A stretch of 64,000 nt of DNA. Origin: an uncultured Gemmatimonadales bacterium. GTDB taxonomy: Bacteria > Gemmatimonadota > Gemmatimonadetes > Longimicrobiales > RSA9. Of this stretch, positions 39,275-49,464 are shown piece after piece. Where the stretch lies: contig CAWAMW010000017.1 of the NCBI GenBank assembly GCA_963783305.1, positions 416,001 to 480,000 on the forward strand, in the 5' to 3' direction. Within the stretch, counting starts at the first letter, position 1, and each line of letters opens with the position of its first letter. The notes under the pieces were generated by a model. That model made no database searches. It saw nothing but the letters and a program-made list of their open reading frames with translations, and had not been told where the DNA came from. A program made the translations under genes and the position numbers.

Positions 39275-41925
39275 GGTGGGTCGAGGCGGTGCGGGCGCGG
39301 CTGCGGCTGCTCTTCGCGGGTCATGCCGCGGAGTCGAGGATGGAGGAGGAGATCGACTTCCATATCGAGATGGAGGCGGAGCGTCTCGTCCGGGAGGAGG
39401 GGCTGGAGCCGCGGGAGGCGCGACGGCGTGCGCTGGTCTCGTTCGGCGGTGTGGAGAAGACGAAGGAGGAGCTGCGGGACAGCCGCGGTCTGGCGTGGAT
39501 GTCGGGTTTCCGCCTGGACCTGAAGCTGGGCGCGCGCACGCTCGTGAAGCACCCCGTCCTCACCACGGCCAGTGTGCTCGCGCTGGCCATCGCGGTGGCC
39601 ATGGCCGCGTCGTGGTTCGAGTTCATGACGGACATCGTGCGGCCTAACCTGGGCCTCGAGGACTCCGGCCGCATCGTGCAGATCAGGACCCGGGACGCGG
39701 AGAAGGCCACGAACATCCCCTCGTCGCTCCAGGAGTTCGAGGCGTGGAGTGAAGGTGTGGAGTCGCTGCGGGTGATCGCCGCGGTGTCGCCCGCGGACTA
39801 CAGCATCACGACGGAGAGCGGCCGTTTCGCACCGGTCGAGGGCATGCGGGTGACCGGCGACTTCTTCGCGGTGCCCCGGGTCCCACCGCTGCACGGGCGC
39901 ACGCTCACGGCGGCGGACCTCGAAGCGGGCGCCACGCCCGCCGTCGTGCTGGGCTACTCCGTGTGGCGGCGGCTCTTCGACGGTGACCCCTCGGCGGTCG
40001 GCCAGACCGTGCGGCTCGGGCCGGACCACGCCACCGTGGTCGGGGTGATGCCGGAGGGGTTCGGATTCCCCGTGAACGAGGAAGCATGGACTCCGCTCCG
40101 CGAGAGCGCGCTGGACCACGGGGCGCTGGGGGGCCCGCCGGTGATGGTGGTCGGCCGCATCGCGAGCGGGGCGTCGCTCGACGAGCTGCGTACCGAGCTC
40201 GACGTCGTCGGAGAGCGCGCGGCCGCGCAGTTCCCCGAGTCGAAGCGGCACCTCCGACCGCGGGCGGACCGCTTCGGACGCGGCAGCAACATGAACGGCC
40301 CGGCCACGCTCCTGAACGTCCCCTTCCTCCTCTTCCTCATCGTGGTAAGCGCCAACGTGGCGACGCTCTTCTTCGCCCGCACCGTGACCCGGGAAGGCGA
40401 GATCGCCATGCGTAGCGCCCTGGGCGCCAGCCGCCGCCGGATCCTCCTCCAGCTCGTGGCCGAGGCGCTCGTCCTGACCGTCATCGCCACGGTGGTCGGC
40501 CTGGCCGCCGCGCACTGGGGGATGGGCTGGGGCATGGACCTGTTCTGGGAGGTCCAGCAATCACGGCCGCCCTTCTGGTTCGACCCCGGCCTGTCCGCCG
40601 GCTCGGCCCTTTACGCCGCGGGTCTGGCGCTCCTGGGCGCGCTGATCATCGGCGGGATCCCCGGGCTCCGCGCCACTCGGAAGCAGATCCGCAGCCGGCT
40701 CCCGCAGACGGGCGCGGGTGGCTCGGGCGCGCGCTTCGGCTTCGTGGCGACCGGCGTGATCGTGGTCCAGGTCGCGCTCTGCGTCGCCTTCATCCCCATC
40801 TCCATCACGAACGGCAAGGAGCTCCTGGAGGAGCAGCGATCCAGCGATTTCCCCGCCCACGCCTACCTCTCCGGCCAGGTCCAGCCCTCGATGGTGACGG
40901 CACGCCGGTCCACCGCCGAAGATGCCGGCTCCGAGGCCGAGCGCGGGGAGGACCTGCGGCGCGCCGAGCGACTCGACGAGCTGCAGCGGCGGCTCGCCGC
41001 CGAGCCCGGCATCGTGGCCGCGACCCGCGTCACCCGGCTGCCCGGCTTCAACCACCCCATGGAGCTCGTCCAGGTCGAGAACGACACGGCCTCGTCCGAA
41101 TGGGTCCGTCAGATCGGCGCGGACCCCAACTTCTTCGAGACCATGGAGGTCCGGGTCACCGACGGGCGCGGCCTCAGGGAGGTCGATGCCACCGCCGAGG
41201 CGCTTCCCGTCGCCGTGGTGGACGGCGACTGGGCGGCCGAGGCCTTCGGCGGCCGCAACCCCATCGGTCAGCGGTTCCGCTACCCCAACCGCCCGGACGA
41301 GGAGGGGCGCCGCTGGTACGAGGTGGTCGGCGTAATGGCCGGCATGCAGCGGGCGACGGGACCGGGCGAACCGGTCGCCATCGTGCATCCGCTCCTGCCG
41401 CGGCAGCGCGTGGGCGCACAGGTGTACCTGCGCACCGATGGCCCGCCGGAGGCCGTCGTGCCCAGGCTCATGGAGCTCGTCACCGCCGTCGACCCCGACC
41501 TCGCCATGACGGGGCTCGAGCCCCTCGATGAGATCTGGGACCCCGTCGAGCGCAGCCAGGTCTTCTTCGTCGCGGCCATGAACGTCGTGGCCGCCATCAT
41601 CGTCCTGTTCGCGCTCATCGGGATCTACGCCCTCATGTCCTTCACCGTGGCCCAGCGCGCCCGCGAGATCGGCATCCGCTCGGCCCTGGGCGCCGACCCG
41701 CGCCGCATCATCGCCGCCATCTTCTCCCGGGCCATGTTCCAGATCGGCCTCGGGATCGTGGTCGGGGGCGTCCTCGTCAGCGCCCTGGTCTTCAAGAACC
41801 CCGACGAGATGCGCCTGGTCGCCGGCGTGGCCCTCGCCATGGCCGTCGTGGGGCTCCTCGCCTGCGTCCTCCCCGCCATGCGCGCGCTCCGGATCCAGCC
41901 GACGGAGGCGCTCCGGGCGGAATAG
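39271..41925 (+). CDS. ADOP-type ABC permease with N-terminal permease-prefix domain
   Basis: EEIDFHIEME..ARRRAL..FGG, ANVATL, REIGIRSALGA, PAMRALRIQP; GTGA overlap with padR. Confidence 0.92.
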   Translation: MRWVEAVRARLRLLFAGHAAESRMEEEIDFHIEMEAERLVREEGLEPREARRRALVSFGGVEKTKEELRDSRGLAWMSGFRLDLKLGARTLVKHPVLTTASVLALAIAVAMAASWFEFMTDIVRPNLGLEDSGRIVQIRTRDAEKATNIPSSLQEFEAWSEGVESLRVIAAVSPADYSITTESGRFAPVEGMRVTGDFFAVPRVPPLHGRTLTAADLEAGATPAVVLGYSVWRRLFDGDPSAVGQTVRLGPDHATVVGVMPEGFGFPVNEEAWTPLRESALDHGALGGPPVMVVGRIASGASLDELRTELDVVGERAAAQFPESKRHLRPRADRFGRGSNMNGPATLLNVPFLLFLIVVSANVATLFFARTVTREGEIAMRSALGASRRRILLQLVAEALVLTVIATVVGLAAAHWGMGWGMDLFWEVQQSRPPFWFDPGLSAGSALYAAGLALLGALIIGGIPGLRATRKQIRSRLPQTGAGGSGARFGFVATGVIVVQVALCVAFIPISITNGKELLEEQRSSDFPAHAYLSGQVQPSMVTARRSTAEDAGSEAERGEDLRRAERLDELQRRLAAEPGIVAATRVTRLPGFNHPMELVQVENDTASSEWVRQIGADPNFFETMEVRVTDGRGLREVDATAEALPVAVVDGDWAAEAFGGRNPIGQRFRYPNRPDEEGRRWYEVVGVMAGMQRATGPGEPVAIVHPLLPRQRVGAQVYLRTDGPPEAVVPRLMELVTAVDPDLAMTGLEPLDEIWDPVERSQVFFVAAMNVVAAIIVLFALIGIYALMSFTVAQRAREIGIRSALGADPRRIIAAIFSRAMFQIGLGIVVGGVLVSALVFKNPDEMRLVAGVALAMAVVGLLACVLPAMRALRIQPTEALRAE

Positions 41926-41949
41926 GCACGGCAGGGGTGCTTTCGCGGC

Positions 41950-41961
41950 GGGGGGGGGGGG
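41950..41961. repeat. G12 homopolymer in the putative promoter spacer of the TonB receptor
   Basis: 12 consecutive G ending 2 nt before TAAATT (41964-41969). Confidence 0.8.
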
Positions 41962-42007
41962 CGTAAATTTCCCGAGCCGACCTCGCTTCCCTGCCTCCCC
42001 GAGGATC

Positions 42008-45000
42008 ATGCTCGCTGTCCGCACGATCGATGTCGCACTTCGCGCCTTCGCACGCGAGGCCCCGGGAGCTCGCGAGGCCGGTGGCGGCCGCGCGTGTGCC
42101 ACCGCCCGTGCGCTGACCGCCGCCGTCTGGCTGATCGCCGCGGCCACGCTGATCACCGCCGCCCCGGCGGCCGGGCAGGTCGTCGCGCCGTCGGTCCTGG
42201 TGGGCACCGTCGCCGACTCGGCGGGCCAGGCCATCGATGGGGCGGAGGTCACCGCGTCCCGACCGGGCATCACCGGGGAGCACACCACGACCACGGGTGA
42301 GGACGGCCGGTTCATCCTCCCGCGGCTTCCCCCCGGCGACTACCACGTACGTGTCCGGTCGTTCGGGTACCGCGACCTGGAGCGGGCCGCGAGCCTGGCG
42401 CCGGGCGCCACCGTCGTCCTCGATCTCGTGCTCGCCACCGATGCCTTCGCGGTGGACGAAGTGAGGGTCGAGGTGGCGGCCAATCCGCGTTTCGACCGCA
42501 CCCGTACCGGCACCGGCACCACACTCACGGCCGAGGCCATCCGGGCGGTGCCCACCGTGGAGCGGAGCCTCGAGCGACTGGCGGAGCTCTCGCCCGTCGT
42601 CTCCTCGACGCGCGGCGGCGGCCTCTCCATCTCCGGCCAGAACGCCCGCTACAACGCCGTGATGATCGACGGCGCCATGCACCAGGACCACTTCGGCGCC
42701 ACGTCCAGCGGGGTGCCCGGCAGCGAGGCCCGGGCCCGCGCGCTGCCGCTCGACGCCGTGGAGGACTTCGAGGTGGAGGCCGCGCCCTTCGACGTCCGCA
42801 GGAGCGGGTTCACCGGTGGGCTCCTCAACGCCGTCACCCGCCGCGGCACCGACGCGTGGCACGGCTCGCTGGGTGTGGACTACCGGAACGAGCGGTTCTT
42901 CGGCGAGCTGGTCGTCGATGGCGCGGACCTCACGCCCGCCTCCTACCGCAAGCAGGTCCTCACGGGCACGCTGGGCGGCCCCATCCTCCGCGACCGGCTC
43001 CACGTGTTCCTCGCCGCCGAGGTCGACTCCCGCCTAGAGCCGCCCCTCGGGTACTCCCTCGGCCCCGGCACCTCCACCGTCCACACCCGCGTCGACGCCG
43101 ACTCCGCCGCCTCACTCGCCACCATTCTCGAAGACGTATACGACCTCGAGGGAGGCGAGCCCGGGGCCTACGACCTCGACAACCTGAGCGGCAACGCGTT
43201 CGCCCGCGTCGACTGGCGCATCGGCCCGGACCACGAGCTCACGTCCCACCTGAACCTCGTGTCGGCCTCGCGGGACGTGCCCGCGAACCGCACACCGGTG
43301 GGCGCCTACGAGCTTTCCTCCAGCGGGTACGCGGTCGAGAGCACCACCATCGGGGCCATGGCGCGCCTGAAGTCCCGGCTCTCCCCCGCGCTGGAGAACG
43401 AGCTCACCCTCAACCTCCAGCGCACCCGCGACCGCCGCGAGCCCGCCGCCCGATTCCCCCAGATCGATGTGGAGGTCCGCAGCGAGCTCACTCGCGGCGA
43501 GCTCGACGGCTACCTCCTCCAGCGGACGCTCCGCGCCGGCGCCGGCTACATGGACCAGCGGAGCGACCTCGGCCAGACCATCCTCCAGCTCTCCGACGCC
43601 CTGTCCTGGGAGCGCGGCCCCCTCACCACCACCTTCGGCGCCGGCATCGACCTCTACCGCTTCAGCCACGACGTGCTGCCCGGCGCCCTCGGCTACTACC
43701 GGTTCGACTCCCTCGACGAGCTCCGGGCGAACACGCCGTCGTACTACGAGCGGAGAGTTCTCCAGGAGGGGGCACCCGAAGGACCCGTCCGGTTCACGGT
43801 CGCGCAGCCGAGCGCGCTCGTCCAGAACGAGCACATCTTTCCCGACGGTCTGATCATGTACTACGGGATCCGCGCCGACGTCCCGCTCTTCCTCACCGAG
43901 CCCGATCACAATCCCGCCATCCAGGATGCGTTCGACCGCCGTACCGACCGCCTGCCGTCCGGCCATTTCCTGATCTCGCCCAGGGTCGGCATCAACTGGC
44001 AGAGCGACCGGAAGTACATGACGCAGATCCGCGGCGGCGGCGGGGTCTTCACCGGTCGGCTCCCCTACGTCTGGCTCGCCGACGCGTATGCCAGGACCGG
44101 GCTCCGGACCGAGGTCCTCTCCTGTTCCGGCTTCACCGCTCCGGACCTCCAGGCTGGCACCGCCCCCGCGACGTGCGCGGGCAGCATCCCCGGCGATCGC
44201 GCCGCCAATGTCCTGGTCTTCGACCCCGACTTCCGCGTCCCCCGCGAGATCAAGACCTCCCTCGCCGTTGACCAGCGGCTCCCCTTCGGACTCATCGCGT
44301 CCGCCGAGGTTCTCCTGGTCCAGACGCTGAGCCAGGTCGTGATCCGTGACCTGAACCTGGACCCCGCCGGGGCGAAGGACCGGCGGTACCTCACCATCGC
44401 CGGCCAGCGCACCCAGTTCGGCGACCCGATCCTCCCCACCGGCTACGCCCAGCGCCGACTCCTCGAGGGCTACGCCCACGTCCTGGAGATGGGCAACGAG
44501 ACGAGCAGCGGGTTCGCTCATTCCGTCACCCTCGGCCTCGAGGGGCGCTTCGGCGATCACGTCACGCTCGGCGGCTCGTATTCGTTCAACCACTCCGACG
44601 ACACCCAGAGCCTCACCTGGGGCGATGCGCTCCTCAACTATGCCACCAGCCCCGCCACCCGCGACCCGAACGAACGCGCCCGCCGGACCTCGGCGTTCAA
44701 CCGCCCGTGGAAGGCCGTCGCGTCCGCCAGAATCACCCTCCCGGACTCCTGGACCGGCGGCACCGAGCTGTCCGTCGTCTACATCGGCGAGGCCGGTACG
44801 CCGTACTCGTACGTCTATGGAGGGGACGTGAACGGCGATGGCTATCCCGGCCCCGGGATCCAGATCGACGAGAGCAACGACCTCATCAATGTCCCGCTGG
44901 ATGTGGGGGTGCTCAATGCCTCCCCCGCCACGTGGAACCTCCTGGGTCAGCTCTTCGAGCGTGAGCCGTGTCTCGCCGACGCTCGGGGCACCATCGTGCG

Positions 45001-45367
45001 TCGGAACGCCTGCCGGGGGCCGGCGTCGCACCGGGTCGACGTGCGGCTCGCACAGCCGCTCCGCTTCGGCCGCTACCGCATGGACGTGACCGCAAGCCTC
45101 CTCAACCTGCTGAACTTTCTGGACCCCTCCTGGGGCCGGGTCATCGACGTGCCACCCCTGGTTCCCGTCCTGGCGCTCCACGGCCGACTCCTCGAGAAGC
45201 TCCCGCCCGACGGCCGGCCCAACCCCAACGCCCCCCTCGGCCTCCGCTACGTCGGCCCCCTCGAGTGGGACGCCGAGCAGCAGCGGTCCACCGCCGGACT
45301 GCCCCACAGCGTGCTCGTCCCCGAATCGCAGTGGCAGGCGCAGATCGGCATGAAGCTCTCCTTCTGA
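42008..45367 (+). CDS. TonB-dependent receptor, Oar-like with carboxypeptidase-regulatory-like domain
   Basis: GTVAD..G..I.GA.V, DGRF..LPPGDY, SISGQNARYN, APFDVRRSGFTGG, SPRVG, C-terminal QIGMKLSF; true start may be a little downstream. Confidence 0.9.
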   Translation: MLAVRTIDVALRAFAREAPGAREAGGGRACATARALTAAVWLIAAATLITAAPAAGQVVAPSVLVGTVADSAGQAIDGAEVTASRPGITGEHTTTTGEDGRFILPRLPPGDYHVRVRSFGYRDLERAASLAPGATVVLDLVLATDAFAVDEVRVEVAANPRFDRTRTGTGTTLTAEAIRAVPTVERSLERLAELSPVVSSTRGGGLSISGQNARYNAVMIDGAMHQDHFGATSSGVPGSEARARALPLDAVEDFEVEAAPFDVRRSGFTGGLLNAVTRRGTDAWHGSLGVDYRNERFFGELVVDGADLTPASYRKQVLTGTLGGPILRDRLHVFLAAEVDSRLEPPLGYSLGPGTSTVHTRVDADSAASLATILEDVYDLEGGEPGAYDLDNLSGNAFARVDWRIGPDHELTSHLNLVSASRDVPANRTPVGAYELSSSGYAVESTTIGAMARLKSRLSPALENELTLNLQRTRDRREPAARFPQIDVEVRSELTRGELDGYLLQRTLRAGAGYMDQRSDLGQTILQLSDALSWERGPLTTTFGAGIDLYRFSHDVLPGALGYYRFDSLDELRANTPSYYERRVLQEGAPEGPVRFTVAQPSALVQNEHIFPDGLIMYYGIRADVPLFLTEPDHNPAIQDAFDRRTDRLPSGHFLISPRVGINWQSDRKYMTQIRGGGGVFTGRLPYVWLADAYARTGLRTEVLSCSGFTAPDLQAGTAPATCAGSIPGDRAANVLVFDPDFRVPREIKTSLAVDQRLPFGLIASAEVLLVQTLSQVVIRDLNLDPAGAKDRRYLTIAGQRTQFGDPILPTGYAQRRLLEGYAHVLEMGNETSSGFAHSVTLGLEGRFGDHVTLGGSYSFNHSDDTQSLTWGDALLNYATSPATRDPNERARRTSAFNRPWKAVASARITLPDSWTGGTELSVVYIGEAGTPYSYVYGGDVNGDGYPGPGIQIDESNDLINVPLDVGVLNASPATWNLLGQLFEREPCLADARGTIVRRNACRGPASHRVDVRLAQPLRFGRYRMDVTASLLNLLNFLDPSWGRVIDVPPLVPVLALHGRLLEKLPPDGRPNPNAPLGLRYVGPLEWDAEQQRSTAGLPHSVLVPESQWQAQIGMKLSF

Positions 45368-45506
45368 GCCGGGACGGGGGGCCCCGCCCGCGCCGCACCC
45401 GGACCAGGGAGACCGCCGCCCCTCATCCCGGACTGTCGCGGCCGCCGCTCCCGGAGTACCGTATGGTTCCCGCACGTCGTGACCCGGAGCAGGAGCGCCC
45501 GACGCC

Positions 45507-47210
45507 GTGAAGTTCCTACCCGCCCAGCTCTCCTACTTCGTCGAGACCACCGCCATGCGGCGGAACGTCGCGCTCCTGATCCGGTTCATCGGGATCCTCC
45601 TGGTCATGATCGTGGCCTACAGCCTCCTCTTCCACGTCATCATGGAGTACGAGGGGCAGAACCACTCGTGGGTCACCGGCTTCTACTGGACCCTCACGGT
45701 CATGTCCACCCTGGGCTTCGGCGACATCACCTTCCAGAGCGACCTGGGCCGGATGTTCTCCATCCTGGTCATGGTCTCCGGCGTGATCTTCCTGCTCATC
45801 GTCCTGCCGTTCACCTTCATCCAGTTCTTCTACGCCCCCTGGCTCGAGGCGCAGACCCGGCGACGCGTCCCCCGCGAGCTCGACGCCTCCGTCTCCGGAC
45901 ACGTCCTGCTCGCCTCCCACGAGCCCATCGCCATCAGCCTGATCGAGCGGCTCGGAGCCGTGGGCCGCCCCTACTACGTCCTGGAGCCGGAGCTCGGCCG
46001 CGCCCTCGAGATGGAGGAGGCCGGGCTCCACGTCGTGCTCGGCAGCCCCGAGGACATCGAGACCTACCGCCGCCTCGGCGTAGACCGCGCGGCCATGATC
46101 GTCGCGAACGTGGACGACCACGTGAACACCAACATCGCGTTCACCGTCCGGGAGCTCGATGACGACGTCCCCATCGTGAGCATCGCCCGCGATCCCGCGT
46201 CCGTGGACGTCCTGGAGCTCGCCGGCTCCACAACGGTCCTCGAGCTGCCGGACATGCTCGGACGATCCCTCGCCCGCCGCATCCTCGCCGGCGACCAGCG
46301 GGTGAGCGTGGTGGGCGAGTTCGATGAGCTCCTCATCGCCGAGGCGCCCGTGGCGGGGACCCCGCTCGTGGGGAAGGTGCTGGGCGAGGGGTGGCTGCGG
46401 GAGATGACGGGGCTCACCGCCGTGGGCGCGTGGGACCGCGGACGGTTCTCCGTCCCCACTCCCGACACGCGACTGGGCCCCTCCACCGTGCTGCTCCTGG
46501 CCGGCACGGAGGAGCAGCTGCTCCAGTTCACCGAGCTCACCGCCATCTATCGACCCGGCGACGCCGCCGTGCTGATCCTCGGCGGCGGGCGCGTGGGCCG
46601 CGCCGCGGCGGCGGCGCTCCGGGAGCGAGGGCTGGACTACCGGATCGTCGAGAAGAACCCGGATCGGGTGAAGGACCCGGAGCACACCACGGTCGGGAAC
46701 GCCGCGGAGATCGAGTGCCTCGAGAGCGCCGGCATCCACGTGGCACCCACCGTGCTCGTCACCACCGCCGACGACGCCACCAACATCTACCTGACGATCT
46801 ACTGCCGCCGCCTCCGCCCCGACGTCCAGATCGTCAGCCGCGCCACCCTCGAGCGCAACGTCTCCACCCTCCACCGGGCCGGCGCCGACTTCGTCATGTC
46901 CTACGCGTCCATGGGCGCCAACGCCATCCTCAACACGCTGGAGGGCGGCGACATCGTAATGGTAGCCGAGGGCCTGGACCTCTTTCGCGTCCCCGTCCCC
47001 CCGGAGCTCCTGGGCGTCCGGCTCCGCGACTCCCGGATCCGCCAGGACACCGGCTGCCACCTCGTCGCGTTCCAGACGGAGGACGGCGTCCGGACCAACC
47101 CGCCCCCCGATTCCGGGATCCCCGCCACACCCGGCAGCGAGATGATCCTCGTCGGCACCACCCACGACGAGCAGCGCTTCATGGAACGCTACAACGCCTC
47201 ACGCGCCTGA
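45507..47210 (+). CDS. Potassium channel with tandem RCK (TrkA-N/TrkA-C) domains
   Basis: Two TM helices plus pore TVMSTLGFGD; ILGGGRVG Rossmann motif; HRAGADFV. Confidence 0.92.
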   Translation: MKFLPAQLSYFVETTAMRRNVALLIRFIGILLVMIVAYSLLFHVIMEYEGQNHSWVTGFYWTLTVMSTLGFGDITFQSDLGRMFSILVMVSGVIFLLIVLPFTFIQFFYAPWLEAQTRRRVPRELDASVSGHVLLASHEPIAISLIERLGAVGRPYYVLEPELGRALEMEEAGLHVVLGSPEDIETYRRLGVDRAAMIVANVDDHVNTNIAFTVRELDDDVPIVSIARDPASVDVLELAGSTTVLELPDMLGRSLARRILAGDQRVSVVGEFDELLIAEAPVAGTPLVGKVLGEGWLREMTGLTAVGAWDRGRFSVPTPDTRLGPSTVLLLAGTEEQLLQFTELTAIYRPGDAAVLILGGGRVGRAAAAALRERGLDYRIVEKNPDRVKDPEHTTVGNAAEIECLESAGIHVAPTVLVTTADDATNIYLTIYCRRLRPDVQIVSRATLERNVSTLHRAGADFVMSYASMGANAILNTLEGGDIVMVAEGLDLFRVPVPPELLGVRLRDSRIRQDTGCHLVAFQTEDGVRTNPPPDSGIPATPGSEMILVGTTHDEQRFMERYNASRA

Positions 47211-47342
47211 GCGCAGCGAAGCGTCCGATAGCGAGCGCAGCGAAGCGTCCGATAGCGAGCGCAGCGGAGCGTTCGATAGCGAAGCGCAGCGGAGCGTTCG
47301 ATAGCGAAGCGTTCGATAGGGAGCGCAGCGACCGTTCGCTAG
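47209..47342. repeat. Tandem repeat of a ~24-bp unit GAGCGCAGCG(A/G)AGCGT(C/T)CGATAGC
   Basis: Two identical units (47209-47256), two variant units and two partial units fill the gap between convergent genes. Confidence 0.9.
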
Positions 47343-47722
47343 AACGGCATGTCGTCGTCGACATCCCCCGACGGCTCCGGCCACGGCTCGCCCGCACCCG
47401 CGCCCGGCGCGCCCGGTCCGCCCGCGGCGCCGGCACCGCCCGCGCCGCCGTCCGTGATCTTCTCCACTCGCCACGCCTTCACGTCCGTGTACCAGCGGCC
47501 GTTGTACTCCCGGCTCTGGATGTCCACGTGGGCCGTCAGCCGCTCACCCTCGCGCACCGCGAACGTGTCGATGTTCTCGCCCCACTGCGTGATGCAGACC
47601 GGCTTCGGGTAGCTGTCCTCGGTCTCCAGGATGAAGTCCTGCTTCCGCCACGGCCCGTTCTTGCCCGTGCCGGACTGCTCCTCGAGGACCTGCGTGACCT
47701 TCCCGGTGATCGTGTTGTCCAT
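47339..47722 (-). CDS. DUF3127-family OB-fold protein with SSB-like acidic tail
   Basis: ITGKV..SG..W.KQDFILET..YPK..WGE, SREYNGRWYTDVKAWR, Gly/Pro linker, DDDMPF end. Confidence 0.88.
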   Translation of the reverse strand: MDNTITGKVTQVLEEQSGTGKNGPWRKQDFILETEDSYPKPVCITQWGENIDTFAVREGERLTAHVDIQSREYNGRWYTDVKAWRVEKITDGGAGGAGAAGGPGAPGAGAGEPWPEPSGDVDDDMPF

Positions 47723-47844
47723 GGCGCTCTCTGGTCGTTGTCATGATAGGGGTCATCCAGCGGGTCCAACCCGCGCTCGTAGAGGGGTACTCGAAGAGGG
47801 GGAGAAGGTTTCCTCCGCGCCCGCGCCGGACGCGGACGTCGTGA

Positions 47845-48011
47845 TCGCAGCCGCGAGCGGCCGAGGCGCCCGCGAGTGCTGCGAACACCATGACTATCCT
47901 GCTGTCTGCGGCTCTCGACCTCCCGAACCGCACTCGTGGATGCGAACGCCCGGATATTCACGGTCTTTGCAGCCGCCGCTCTCGCGCCCGCCATCCCGGG
48001 CTGCGAACACC
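47845..48011. repeat. Mini-array A: 37-nt palindromic repeats separated by 24-nt spacers
   Basis: Half repeat 47845-47852, full repeats 47877-47913 and 47938-47974, next repeat starts 47999; spacers 47853-47876, 47914-47937, 47975-47998, all 24 nt. Confidence 0.8.
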
Positions 48012-48050
48012 CACCACGGAAGCGCACCGGCAGGTCGGAATGGACGCGCG

Positions 48051-49013
48051 CTATTGCGCTGGCCCTTCGTCCGCGTCAGCCGGCTCGATGGAAAGATAGA
48101 TGGTTGCCGACAGCGGCAGTCCGGTCTCGCGTGGCGGGGCTTCAATGCCGAGACGCGGTGCCCGGGGCGCGGGAACCAGCAGGAGGGCGAGCGCCATGGC
48201 CGATGCCGCGGCAGCGGCGAGGGCGGCCTGCTTCCTGCCCCCTCTGTCGCGCGCCGTGATCAGCCGGATCCGTCGTTCCAGCTCGCTCCGCCCGGAGGCG
48301 AGGCCGGTGGAAGGGAGCAGGGGTGCCCGGCTCGGCCTCCCCGCCACCTCGAGGAGCGCTCGTGCATACGTCCGGGCGTCGCCCGTCGCGGCGAGAACGC
48401 GCGCATCGCAATCGCTCTCGACGGCGCCGCGCAAACGGTGGAGCTGCCACCAGAGCGGAAGCGACCACGGCAGGAGCGAGACGAGAACGACCGCGCCGAG
48501 CAGCAGTCGCGTGTCCGCGGCCCTGACATGCTCGACCTCGTGCAGGAGAATGACCCGCCGGAGGCACGGCGCGGCGTCCAGCACCCACTCCGGGAACACG
48601 ATCCTGGGACGCGCCGCTCCGATCACCCCGGGGCCGAAGCCCGGAGCCACCAGGACGAGCTGCCCCGCCACGGACCGCCTCCGCCACAGCCGCTCGTTCC
48701 GCCGCAGCGTCCAGTCCGAGAGCCGCACGTTCGAGAGCAGGATCAGGCTCACGGCGGCCCATGCGGCCGCAGCCGCCCATCCCATCAAGAACGGATGCGG
48801 GCCTGTCGGCAGCTCGCGCCAGAACGTCGGCTCCACCATCGAGGCGCCACCGCCCAGGAGGTGCACGAGGGGGACCGCCACCGACAGGACCATGGCGCCG
48901 GCCCACGCCCAGCGCGCCGGACGACCCAGCCGCCGAAGCGCACCCTCCGCTACGAAGCCCGCCGCGCCTGCGCCGCAGCCGATCGCCGTCACGTACACGA
49001 TCCAGGCGAGCAT
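48051..49013 (-). CDS. M56-family (BlaR1/MecR1-type) zinc protease / antirepressor without a penicillin-binding sensor domain
   Basis: GPGVIG..RPRIVFP, ILLHEVEHV (HExxH), ESDCDARVL, YARALLEV, LERRI; TGATG coupled to blaI-like gene. Confidence 0.9.
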   Translation of the reverse strand: MLAWIVYVTAIGCGAGAAGFVAEGALRRLGRPARWAWAGAMVLSVAVPLVHLLGGGASMVEPTFWRELPTGPHPFLMGWAAAAAWAAVSLILLSNVRLSDWTLRRNERLWRRRSVAGQLVLVAPGFGPGVIGAARPRIVFPEWVLDAAPCLRRVILLHEVEHVRAADTRLLLGAVVLVSLLPWSLPLWWQLHRLRGAVESDCDARVLAATGDARTYARALLEVAGRPSRAPLLPSTGLASGRSELERRIRLITARDRGGRKQAALAAAAASAMALALLLVPAPRAPRLGIEAPPRETGLPLSATIYLSIEPADADEGPAQ

Positions 49014-49384
49014 CAGCTCTCGCCCCCCAGCTGCTCGTCGATCAGCTCCCTCAGCCGCCTCAGCTCCGACTCCGGCAGGTCGCGCTCCCGGATCAGCTCC
49101 GTCACGAGCAGCGCCGGCGAGCCGCCGAACAACCGGCCGACCAGCCGCCGCACCGCGCTGTGCGCCGCCTGGTCGCGCTCCACCAGAACGTGGTACCGGT
49201 GCGCCCGCCCCTCCGCTTCATGGCCGACGTACCCCTTCTCCTCCAGGATCCGGAGCATGGTCAGCACCGTGTTGTACGCCAGGTCGTCACTCAACCGCTC
49301 CCGCACCTCGGCCACGGTCGCCGGCCCGTCCTGCCACAGGACCGCCATGATGTCCGACTCGCGCTCGGTGAACGAAATCTCCAC
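49013..49384 (-). CDS. BlaI/MecI/CopY-family repressor
   Basis: FTERESDIMAVLW, LAYNTVLTMLRILEEKGYV, LFGGS; GTG start after GGAAGGAGGT. Confidence 0.93.
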   Translation of the reverse strand: MEISFTERESDIMAVLWQDGPATVAEVRERLSDDLAYNTVLTMLRILEEKGYVGHEAEGRAHRYHVLVERDQAAHSAVRRLVGRLFGGSPALLVTELIRERDLPESELRRLRELIDEQLGGES

Positions 49385-49440
49385 GGCCACACCTCCTTCC
49401 GGATCGGTCTCTGCCCCAAGTTGTGTCCGCGGCGCCGGGC

Positions 49441-49464
49441 TGTCAACCAAATCCTTAGTTGACA
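49441..49464. promoter_or_regulatory. Palindromic BlaI-type operator containing back-to-back TTGACA -35 boxes
   Basis: TGTCAACCAA-ATCC-TTAGTTGACA between divergent genes; candidate + strand -10 TACCTT at 49483-49488. Confidence 0.7.
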
